Origin: Thermodesulfobacteriota bacterium
GTDB lineage: Bacteria; Desulfobacterota; Desulfobacteria; Desulfobacterales; C00003060
DNA: 64,000 bases
Direction: 5' to 3'
NCBI GenBank assembly: GCA_034189385.1
Contig: JAXHVD010000007.1
Coordinates: forward strand, 1 to 64,000
The notes under the pieces are model-generated. The model did no database searches. It saw nothing but the letters and a program-made list of their open reading frames with translations, and was not told the DNA's origin. The first letter of the stretch is position 1. Every line of letters starts with the position of its first letter. A program made the translations under genes and the position numbers. Shown here piece after piece: positions 1 to 8,051 of the stretch.

Positions 1-473
1 TGGATACGAAGAAGGTGAAGGATCTGGTGATTCCCTTGAGCGAATACCCTCACATGCCCTACTGGGGGACCCTGAGAGAGGCCATTGCCCAACTCAATGT
101 GGCCTTTGAAACCGGACATCATACGGTCCTTGTTTTTGACGAGGCTTACAAGCTTGTGGGCATGCTCCTGGAAAAGGATATCTTAAAGGGACTGGAGCCC
201 CGTTTTGCCGAGCATTTTAAGGAGGGCGTGCCCATATTGTGGGACCAGCTGCTCAAGAGCGGTGTGGAAAAACAGCTGGACCGGCCCATCAAGGAGTTTA
301 TGTCAGAAGCCAAGGCCACGGTGGAGGTGGAGGACAAGATCTTAAAGGCCTCCCACCTCATGGTACATGAGAAGCTCTATCTCTTGCCTGTCATGGAAGA
401 AGATCGGCTCATTGGCGTGGTGCGGATGGGGGACATACTCCATGCTATAACGAATGCAGTGCTGGAGTTATAG
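1..473 (+). CDS. CBS-domain pair protein (5' end at the window edge)
   Basis: CBS-type motifs TLREAIAQL..VLVFDEAYKLVGML and LPVMEEDRLIGVVRMGDI; the frame runs to the edge ((A)TG GAT ACG AAG AAG GTG), so the start is probably 1 nt before the window. Confidence 0.85.
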   Translation, partial: DTKKVKDLVIPLSEYPHMPYWGTLREAIAQLNVAFETGHHTVLVFDEAYKLVGMLLEKDILKGLEPRFAEHFKEGVPILWDQLLKSGVEKQLDRPIKEFMSEAKATVEVEDKILKASHLMVHEKLYLLPVMEEDRLIGVVRMGDILHAITNAVLEL

Positions 474-510
474 CTAGTGCCCATCTGAATGTGGTCTATG
501 CTATCGTGGC

Positions 511-538
511 GGAGGCCGGCACTCCCGTGTCGGCCTCC
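511..538. terminator. Stem-loop between convergent genes
   Basis: GGAGGCCGGCAC-TCCC-GTGTCGGCCTCC, 12-bp stem with one G-U pair; no U-tract. Confidence 0.45.
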
Positions 539-572
539 CCTTACGGGCATAGGCGCTTGCCTCGTCATTTAT

Positions 573-596
573 GTCATTCCGGCCAAGACCGGAATC
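573..596. repeat. REP-like palindrome
   Basis: GTCATTCCGGCCAAGACCGGAATC: ATTCCGG/CCGGAAT arms preceded by GTC; single copy in the window. Confidence 0.35.
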
Positions 597-660
597 GAGT
601 CAGGCAGGCATTATCCGAGTAAAGGCTGATGTCGCCTACTGGAATCGCAGTAGCGCTGTC

Positions 661-876
661 CTAGCGCCCCCTGACTCTGCGGCCTCGGTTTCTGCCGCGG
701 CCCCTTGAGCCGCCTCTTCCGAACCCCTGGCCTAGGGGCGTGCCATCGTCTTGCCTTGCCCCTCGGCCGGGGCCACCGTCAGATCTCTGGGTGCCACTGC
801 GATTGCCGCACCTGCCTAATCCTCGACCTGTCCGCGGGCCTTCGCCCAATGGACCTGATCTATCATAACCTGGCAT
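661..876 (-). CDS. DUF5320-family Gly/Arg-rich small protein
   Basis: MPGYDRSGPLGEGPRTGRGLGRC N-terminus; AAGGAGGT RBS before the ATG at 876; sits next to a DUF134 gene. Confidence 0.85.
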   Translation of the reverse strand: MPGYDRSGPLGEGPRTGRGLGRCGNRSGTQRSDGGPGRGARQDDGTPLGQGFGRGGSRGRGRNRGRRVRGR

Positions 877-903
877 AAAAACACCTCCTTTCAATCTTTT
901 CTC

Positions 904-1269
904 TCACAAAACAACCCTTCCGCGACGGCCACGACGTCCCCGTCCCCTTGGCTGACCTTGCCACCTTCCACCGGGACCGGCCAAGGTGTAGGCGCCCCCT
1001 TGAATCCTAATCATTTTTCCCATGACAAGGGCTTCTGAGACCCGTCCCCTTGCTTCAGCCAGGACCCTGCCAAAAGTTTGGCGTGAAACGTTCATTCGAG
1101 CCGCCGCTGTTTCCTGATCCAGTTTGTCAAGGTCACACAAACGAAGGGCCTCAAGACCCTCAACAGGAAGAACCACCTCTTGTAGGTTTCTAGCCGGGAT
1201 TCCCAAAGGCTTGAACACATTGGCCATGGGTCCCCCTTGGACCAAACGGGCTTTTCTGGGCCTTGGCAT
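904..1269 (-). CDS. DUF134 (UPF0251) HTH protein
   Basis: MPRPRKAR..FKPLGIP..EALRLCDL..QETAAARMNVSRQTFGRVL..ARGRVSEALVMGK; GGAGGT RBS. Confidence 0.9.
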   Translation of the reverse strand: MPRPRKARLVQGGPMANVFKPLGIPARNLQEVVLPVEGLEALRLCDLDKLDQETAAARMNVSRQTFGRVLAEARGRVSEALVMGKMIRIQGGAYTLAGPGGRWQGQPRGRGRRGRRGRVVL

Positions 1270-1464
1270 GATACCTCCCTTATCGTTATGAGCTTGTGCT
1301 CAAAATATATGCTTGCGAGGATATTTGTCAAGATGTTTTTTGGGCCTGCGCCCATAATTCTGTTTTCGGGTGTTCAAGAACTGCTGATCATGGGAAAGTG
1401 AGGGAGCTGAGCTGCTCGAAGATATTCTGGTTCTGGCAAGGCCCTTTGAGACGTAGGGGCGTTC

Positions 1465-2013
1465 TCAGGGCAGGAAAACATTTTGGCGGTAATATCTGAG
1501 TTCGCCAATAGACTCCTTTATGTCATTTAGCGCCAGGTGGTTTTTTTTCTTCTTGAAGACGGGTAGGGCAGGATACCACCTCTTCACCAGTTCCTTAATC
1601 GAACTCACATCAACATTTCGATAATGGAAGAATGCATTGAGAAGAGGCATCTGCTTTGCCAAGAAACGCCGGTCCTGCCAAACAGAGTTTCCGCATAGGG
1701 GAGAGCACCCCTTCTTGGAGTGAAGAGCCAGAAAGGCCAAGGTCATATCTTCAGCCCCCTTGCAGTCATGGGGAGATGATCGGACTCTGTCCAAAAGGCC
1801 CGACGCGTCATGATGGGCCCTGCTCCACTGTTCCATGGTGGCCAAAACCTCTGGTGGATGGTGTATGGCAATGTTTGGGCCTTCGGCCACGATCTCCAAG
1901 TCATCATCTGTCACCAGAGTGGCAATCTCTAGGATCACGTGCTCCTCTGGACCGAGGCCAGTCATTTCTAGATCAAGCCAAATCATATGGTTGTTCAATA
2001 TCTCAGCCTCCAC
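1465..2013 (-). CDS. orn: Oligoribonuclease
   Basis: WLDLEMTGL, LEIATLVTD, PLCGNSVWQDRRFL, HYRNVDVSSIKEL and HLALNDIKESIGELRYYR motifs. Confidence 0.95.
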   Translation of the reverse strand: MEAEILNNHMIWLDLEMTGLGPEEHVILEIATLVTDDDLEIVAEGPNIAIHHPPEVLATMEQWSRAHHDASGLLDRVRSSPHDCKGAEDMTLAFLALHSKKGCSPLCGNSVWQDRRFLAKQMPLLNAFFHYRNVDVSSIKELVKRWYPALPVFKKKKNHLALNDIKESIGELRYYRQNVFLP

Positions 2014-2181
2014 GCCCTCCCAAAGAGATAATCACCGTCTCCCAAGGAGAGCTCACCATGTCTCTCTAAAAAGGATAACGCAATACACTTATCTCTGGCA
2101 AGGGAGATACAGACAGCAAAAAGGTGGGTCGATTCCAACCACAAAACACCTGGGACCGGCAAGGGGCAAATGCCAGGCCCT

Positions 2182-2568
2182 TCAGTCCTCTCGCAATGAC
2201 CTAACCAGACCCAGATGGGCTCGAAGTTCTTCTTCAACGGCATCAGGATCAGGGGAATTATACCGCACAATGTTTTGAAGATGAAAAAAGCTGTCAAGAT
2301 CCACACCGGTGAACTTGACGGCCACCTCACCGGCACAGCAACGGACCACCTGTGCGTCGATCTCTATGTGTAATTCGCTGCTCGTTCCACTCAACTGGAT
2401 TCTCACGTGACACGCAGTCCCTACGTCCAATGGTGCGGCCACCGGCAAGAGGCATCCCCCAACGCTAAGATTCTTGATCTCTTCCGTGTAGTACGAGGAT
2501 TCGTCAACCGTGATCTCAGCCTGAACTCTAAAGGGGACGCGGGTGAACCGCCTTTTGTCGTCCGACAT
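2182..2568 (-). CDS. PilZ-domain protein
   Basis: RxxxR (KRRFTRV) and NxSxGG (NLSVGG) motifs; AAGGAG RBS before the ATG at 2568. Confidence 0.9.
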   Translation of the reverse strand: MSDDKRRFTRVPFRVQAEITVDESSYYTEEIKNLSVGGCLLPVAAPLDVGTACHVRIQLSGTSSELHIEIDAQVVRCCAGEVAVKFTGVDLDSFFHLQNIVRYNSPDPDAVEEELRAHLGLVRSLRED

Positions 2569-2875
2569 GGGTAGACTCCTTTTTTCAAAAACGGCTGTGT
2601 GGTGAGACACCCCTCTTCTACTCCGAAGAGAACGGGATTACTAAGGAAAGTATAGGGCATAGGCCATCACCCGTCAACCGGAAAGCGTTGCTCAAGGTGT
2701 ACAGAGGCCATGGCAAGGCCTTCCCACATGGGTAGAGCTCCAGGTCCCTGGAAACGTCTCCTTTGATCAAAGGTCAAGGAAGGGCAGATAGCGTTTCAGA
2801 TTTTTCCTTGATTTTCAAACTGTTGTTTAATATCCTATAAATATTATTTATGTGCCCATTGAGGGATCAATCCAA

Positions 2876-5161
2876 ATGGCAGAACAATCCTTCTTAGAGG
2901 GGATTCATCCGGAAGACCTGGAAAGACTTGTCAGGGTAGAACACCCTGACCCGCACCGCATTCTTGGGGCCCACCCTTATTCAACGAAAGGCGAAAAGGG
3001 GATCGTCATCAGGGCCTTTCATCCTGACGCCACAAAGGCCGCGCTGCTTATGGAGGGGAAAAAGCCCCTTGCCATGACAAGGTGTCACACTGGCGGTCTC
3101 TTCGCTGTCAAGATCCCTCATCGTCCCCTCCCGTTCCCCTACAGACTTCGTTTCACCTTTGCCAACGGAGATTACTGGGAGAGTGATGCCCCCTACCGTT
3201 TCTTGCCGACCTTGGGGGATGTGGACCTCTATCTGGCAGGAGAAGGAAGCCATCACCGTCTTTACGAAAAGCTCGGCGCCCACCTGTGTGAGATGGATGG
3301 CGCGGCCGGCGTTTCCTTTGCCCTTTGGGCACCCAGCGCCAAACGGGTGAGTGTTGTGGGTGATTTTAACAATTGGGATGGAAGGCTTTTTCCCATGAGA
3401 GCCATGGGCTCGTCAGGGATCTGGGAAATTTTTGTCCCCGGCCTTGGGCCCGGGGCGCTCTACAAGTATGAAATCAAGACCCAGGCTGGAGACCTGAGGC
3501 TAAAGACCGATCCCTATGCCTTTGCCACAGAGCTAAGACCCGGCACGGCCTCCATTGTGTGGGACCAGGGGGCCTTCAAATGGAGTGATAGCGAATGGCT
3601 GGCCATGCGCAGTCAAAGAGATCTCCGTCACGAACCCATGGCCATCTATGAAGTCCACCTGGGATCGTGGATGCGCGTAACAGAGGAAGAAAACAGGTGG
3701 CTCACCTATCGGGAGTTGGCCCCCACACTCATTGAACACGTGAAGCAATTCGGCTTTACCCATGTGGAGCTCCTGCCTGTGGCCGAGCATCCCTTTGACG
3801 CCTCCTGGGGATACCAGGTGACCGGCTATTACGCCCCCACGAGCCGATTCGGCACCCCCGACGATTTCAAGTACTTCGTCGACACGTGCCATGAACACGG
3901 CATCGGGGTCATCGTGGATTGGGTGCCTGCCCATTTCCCGAAAGATGATTGGAGCCTGAGGCTTTTTGATGGCACAGCCCTATACGAGCATCTTGACCCG
4001 CGGGAGGGAGAGCATGCAGAGTGGGGAACGCTGATCTTTAACTTCGGCCGCCACGAGGTCCGCAACTTCCTCATCGCAAATGCCCTGTTCTGGCTGGATC
4101 AGTACCATATTGATGGCCTCAGGGTCGATGCCGTGGCCTCCATGCTCTATCTGGATTATGGGAAAAAAGAGGGGGGGTGGATTCCCAATCGCTACGGTGG
4201 AAACGAGAATCTAGAGGCCATCGACTTTTTCCGAAAGCTGAACGAAGCGGTGTACGGCATTTTTCCTGGGTGCTTCACCGTGGCAGAAGAGTCCACTGCC
4301 TGGTCAGGGGTCACGTCACCGGCCTACTTGGGTGGTCTTGGTTTCGGCTTCAAGTGGGACATGGGATGGATGCACGACACCTTGCTCTATTTTAGCAAGA
4401 ATGCTGTTCATCGAAAATACCACCACAACAACCTCACCTTTTCCATGATGTATGCCTACAGTGAAAATTTCATCCTTCCCTTTTCCCACGATGAAGTAGT
4501 CTATGGCAAGGGCTCCCTTCTCAGAAAGATGCCGGGTGACGAATGGCAGAAATTTGCCAATTTAAGACTCCTTCTGGGGTACATGTATACCCATCCCGGC
4601 AAAAAGCTGCTCTTCATGGGCACGGAAATCGCCCCCTGGGACGAGTGGTACCATGAAAAGAGCCTTGACTGGCACCTGCAATCTGACCCCATGCGTCAGG
4701 GCTTCCAACGGTTTATGAAGGACCTTGGTAGTCTGTATTTGGAAAATGCTGCCCTCTGGGAACTAGATCCCATACCTGAGGGTTTCTCTTGGATCGACTG
4801 CAATGACTCAGACACCAGCGTGATCTCCTATGTCCGTTTTGCCAAGAAAAATCACCTGGTCTGCGTGCTGAACCTCACCCCTGTTGTCAGGCACGGCTAC
4901 CGAATCGGTGTGCCGGGGCAGCACGGTTATGGCGAGCGCATCAACAGCGACTCCGTCTACTACGGCGGAAGCAACGTCGGCAATAAGGCCCATGTTAAGG
5001 TCGAAGCCACCCCCTTTCACGGTTTCCCCCAATCCATTTCCCTAACCTTGCCCCCCCTGGCCTGCCTGATTCTGGAGCCCGTAGAGAAAGAAAAAGAGGC
5101 TGTCCCTGAAGGTCGCAAAGAAAGCGCTGTAACTGCAAAAGAAGACTCCCGGCAGACATGA
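2876..5161 (+). CDS. glgB: 1,4-alpha-glucan branching enzyme (GH13)
   Basis: YEVHLGSW, SWGYQVTGYYAP, DWVPAHF, DGLRVDAVASM, AEES and SHDEVV motifs. Confidence 0.97.
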   Translation: MAEQSFLEGIHPEDLERLVRVEHPDPHRILGAHPYSTKGEKGIVIRAFHPDATKAALLMEGKKPLAMTRCHTGGLFAVKIPHRPLPFPYRLRFTFANGDYWESDAPYRFLPTLGDVDLYLAGEGSHHRLYEKLGAHLCEMDGAAGVSFALWAPSAKRVSVVGDFNNWDGRLFPMRAMGSSGIWEIFVPGLGPGALYKYEIKTQAGDLRLKTDPYAFATELRPGTASIVWDQGAFKWSDSEWLAMRSQRDLRHEPMAIYEVHLGSWMRVTEEENRWLTYRELAPTLIEHVKQFGFTHVELLPVAEHPFDASWGYQVTGYYAPTSRFGTPDDFKYFVDTCHEHGIGVIVDWVPAHFPKDDWSLRLFDGTALYEHLDPREGEHAEWGTLIFNFGRHEVRNFLIANALFWLDQYHIDGLRVDAVASMLYLDYGKKEGGWIPNRYGGNENLEAIDFFRKLNEAVYGIFPGCFTVAEESTAWSGVTSPAYLGGLGFGFKWDMGWMHDTLLYFSKNAVHRKYHHNNLTFSMMYAYSENFILPFSHDEVVYGKGSLLRKMPGDEWQKFANLRLLLGYMYTHPGKKLLFMGTEIAPWDEWYHEKSLDWHLQSDPMRQGFQRFMKDLGSLYLENAALWELDPIPEGFSWIDCNDSDTSVISYVRFAKKNHLVCVLNLTPVVRHGYRIGVPGQHGYGERINSDSVYYGGSNVGNKAHVKVEATPFHGFPQSISLTLPPLACLILEPVEKEKEAVPEGRKESAVTAKEDSRQT

Positions 5162-5456
5162 CAGCTCCCGAAGGGTCTCAGATTCCCCCCGGACAAGCCG
5201 TTCGGATATGCTTTGCAAACCTTTGCGTTTTCTATAAGTTACGTCTTGGCAAGCAATCAAACATCGGCCCAGACCGTTTCCGAGGTGTTCTCTGGGCAGG
5301 ATATATGTTTTTGACTGTGAAGCCCTCCCAGGCTAGGTAATGGGTGAATATCATAACACATCAATCTGATTTCTGTCCAAGGCCACATCCGGGGACCTTT
5401 CTGATCACAAATCACACTGCCCCCTCCCATTTGGACCACGCAGTTTCCGCATGAAG

Positions 5457-5485
5457 AAAGGCAGGGCCGTGACGACCCTGCCTTT
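5457..5485. terminator. Bidirectional intrinsic terminator
   Basis: AAAGGCAGGG-N9-CCCTGCCTTT between convergent glgB and the 696-aa gene. Confidence 0.7.
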
Positions 5486-5548
5486 GTTCGATAATGACTC
5501 TTATGGCTTGTATGCTTTGATGCTTCCTGTTTCTTCACCGCTGAATGA

Positions 5549-7639
5549 TCATGGGCAACCAGAGCCCCAGCAATTGCTGCCGGGAGGTTTGGCTGGCTGT
5601 GGCTGGCCGCTTCCCCATTCCCACTCGTCACCCAAGGGACGCAGTTCGTGCATCATCCAAGGGTCGATCCCGCTGATGCAGCAAGTAGGACCGGGAGAAG
5701 CTCCGCACGCATAGACCCCGCTTCTTTCATCGTCTCCGTATCCTCCACCAGTTCCTACGTAGAGCCTTCCTCCGCGACTCAAGAACGAAGAAACAACTTC
5801 GGTCCTGGAATCTACGACAGGAGCCCCAGGCACCGGGCTCCATTGGGTCCCGTTTGTTGAGGCGTATACCAAGGGCGTTCCCAGGTCGGAGCCAGCCAAA
5901 CCGGAGGGAGCATGAAAGGTTCTAACTCCGAGGTAAAGCTTGCCATTGTGTTCCTCCAATCGAAAAACATCCTGACCTTGAGTAATAGGAGATAGATCTT
6001 CCCAACTGTTGGCCGTTCCGTCCGTCCGGAAAACTCCGTTACCATGGTACTGTCCTACATAGAGGTGGCCCTTAAAGGCCTTTAAGGCATGTATATGGCC
6101 CGGTGTAAGACCTATTGAAATCCCACCGGGTGGAGGAAGCTCTTCCTTAAACTTCTCCCACCACTTCCCGTCGGCCGACCTCCAGAGCTGGATTCCGTTG
6201 GCGTTGTCCCTGCCTACGCCGGCATAGAGAAAGCCGTTGAAAACCTCCAGGGAGGATATGTCGTTATTACTGGGGTCACCGAATCCATAGGAATAAAACG
6301 CAGGCACGGGACCGACCATCGGTTCCCATGAGGTGCCATCTTGCGTCCGCCAGATCGTCGCACTATATCCACCGCATACGTAGAGGTGCCCTTTGAACTC
6401 AGCCATGTCAAAAACCGGCCCCAATGTGCCTGGGGGGGCTGCGACACTCCAGTAGAAACCGTCTTGGGTCCGAAAGACCTCGCCGCAGTCGGTGCCCACA
6501 TAAAGATAGCCATCAAAAACAGCCATTGACATCACCTTTTCCGAACACGGATCCCAAGGAATGTCCACCGCTTCCCATATCTTGCACCCCTCATCTACCA
6601 TGCGGTACACGGCAGCCGACCTAACCGAGGCTGTCCAGCTCCCCGTCCCTACGTATATGGTCTCTCCGAATTCGACCATGGCAGTGGTCTCTCTGGCGTC
6701 GTAGTTGAAAATCTGAGACCAAGTGTCCGGACCTCTATCCACGATCACGTAACCAACGACCTCCATGACGTGAGCTGTTTCGCTGTCTTTGGACTGCTCT
6801 TCCGCAATCTTCACATCCACACCATGGGCGTCTTTGTTGTCCCAGCGGATATTGGCCGTATCACCTCCGTTTTGCGTCTGCATGTCGGCAACAAACACAG
6901 GGGCGTTCTCAAAAGCCATATTGTAAGCCATCCTATGCCAGTCGTGCCGAACCTCATTACCGGTCCTGTTCACCTCAAAGACCAGGCCGTCCACTATCAC
7001 CGATGAGGGCTCCCACGCGATGTAAGAGATGGTCTCATAGGCATGGACCTGTTGGTTCAACTGCTGCTCCTGCATGCGAATCTCAAAGCCCGTGGTGCTG
7101 ACATTTCGCACCCTGGTGGTCACGGCATCTACTTCATTGTCACTGCAGACGGCCGTTATCACAACGGGCGGCACCTGAAAGGTCTGGCTGAAAGGAACCT
7201 GCTCAAAACCTGTCCGCTTCGTTTCGAATTGACCGGCTTCCACCCGGGTTCCGTCTGGCAAGGTGTGAACACCCTGCTCCATGACAATGTAGCCTGTGGT
7301 CTCCAGGGCGGTGGACCCATCCAAGTAATCCCATTCTTGGAGACGAATCTCGAAGCCGGCCTGATCCACACTGCGAATCCTCACCACGGCAGGACCGGTT
7401 GCCGTGTAGCTGGAGGACTTGGCCACCACAACAGGGGCCTGAAACGTCTTGTTAAAGGAGGCCCGCTTCCAAGAGCTGCCCACGCTGACATCACCAACCT
7501 CCACCCATGCCTGAGCCGTGGCCGCAGTGAACACCACCATGCAGATCACGAGAAGCAAGGCCCTAAAGACAGGCACACCTGTTAAACAACTGAGTCTTGG
7601 ATAAACAAACCCTTTCTTGATTCTCATCTTTGCTTTCAT
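5549..7639 (-). CDS. Secreted protein: three H-type-lectin-like repeats plus a BNR/Asp-box-like beta-propeller
   Basis: Signal peptide ending ATAQA; three F..PVV..VR.RNV..GFEIR.QE repeats; repeated WRTQDGTSWE/WRSADGKWWE/YASTNGTQWS blades. Confidence 0.75.
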   Translation of the reverse strand: MKAKMRIKKGFVYPRLSCLTGVPVFRALLLVICMVVFTAATAQAWVEVGDVSVGSSWKRASFNKTFQAPVVVAKSSSYTATGPAVVRIRSVDQAGFEIRLQEWDYLDGSTALETTGYIVMEQGVHTLPDGTRVEAGQFETKRTGFEQVPFSQTFQVPPVVITAVCSDNEVDAVTTRVRNVSTTGFEIRMQEQQLNQQVHAYETISYIAWEPSSVIVDGLVFEVNRTGNEVRHDWHRMAYNMAFENAPVFVADMQTQNGGDTANIRWDNKDAHGVDVKIAEEQSKDSETAHVMEVVGYVIVDRGPDTWSQIFNYDARETTAMVEFGETIYVGTGSWTASVRSAAVYRMVDEGCKIWEAVDIPWDPCSEKVMSMAVFDGYLYVGTDCGEVFRTQDGFYWSVAAPPGTLGPVFDMAEFKGHLYVCGGYSATIWRTQDGTSWEPMVGPVPAFYSYGFGDPSNNDISSLEVFNGFLYAGVGRDNANGIQLWRSADGKWWEKFKEELPPPGGISIGLTPGHIHALKAFKGHLYVGQYHGNGVFRTDGTANSWEDLSPITQGQDVFRLEEHNGKLYLGVRTFHAPSGLAGSDLGTPLVYASTNGTQWSPVPGAPVVDSRTEVVSSFLSRGGRLYVGTGGGYGDDERSGVYACGASPGPTCCISGIDPWMMHELRPLGDEWEWGSGQPQPAKPPGSNCWGSGCP

Positions 7640-7704
7640 AGCTTTTCTCCTTTCTGTTTTTTAGATATTTGCCGTCAGTTGCTGTCGGATTTACCCTACT
7701 AATT

Positions 7705-7721
7705 GGCAATCATCGTGCCAA
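7705..7721 (-). promoter_or_regulatory. Sigma-54 -24/-12 promoter (cassette copy 1)
   Basis: Minus strand TTGGCACGATGATTGCC matches TGGCACG-N4-TTGC; about 65 nt upstream of the ATG at 7639. Confidence 0.85.
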
Positions 7722-7814
7722 AGGAGCAAAGACGATACGTTTTGCCACAACTACTTGAAATCAAGGCATAATTGAATCTGAAACCAGGTTCGTCTATTGT
7801 CCTGCGCCCTTTTT

Positions 7815-7876
7815 GTGGTGGCTATATTTAACCAGGCTAGTGATATCTCAATGGCCAGGTGAAATATCCCGACTGT
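7815..7876. promoter_or_regulatory. Candidate enhancer (UAS) sites for a sigma-54 activator, copy 1
   Basis: TATATTTAAC / GTGATATCTCAA / GTGAAATATCCCGAC, conserved at 10815-10875 and 14512-14573; about 100-155 nt upstream of the -24 element. Confidence 0.6.
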
Positions 7877-8051
7877 TTGTATGGTGCGGGGGTAGGCAGG
7901 CACTTGGAAAGATAAGAGGGAAGCGTTAGGCCGAATAACGGCCAAGAGCCGGTTCCTTTGACAGCCTCCTGACAAGCCACAAAGAAAGCCAGGAGAATCA
8001 GAAATGATTCCCCTGGTTCAGAAGTTAGAAGCGTTTATGGGATTTCTCAAA

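Noticed and set aside
5501..5551. TGA readthrough (selenocysteine) at the end of the 696-aa gene
   Set aside because: Only 15 extra codons, no convincing SECIS and no redox motif
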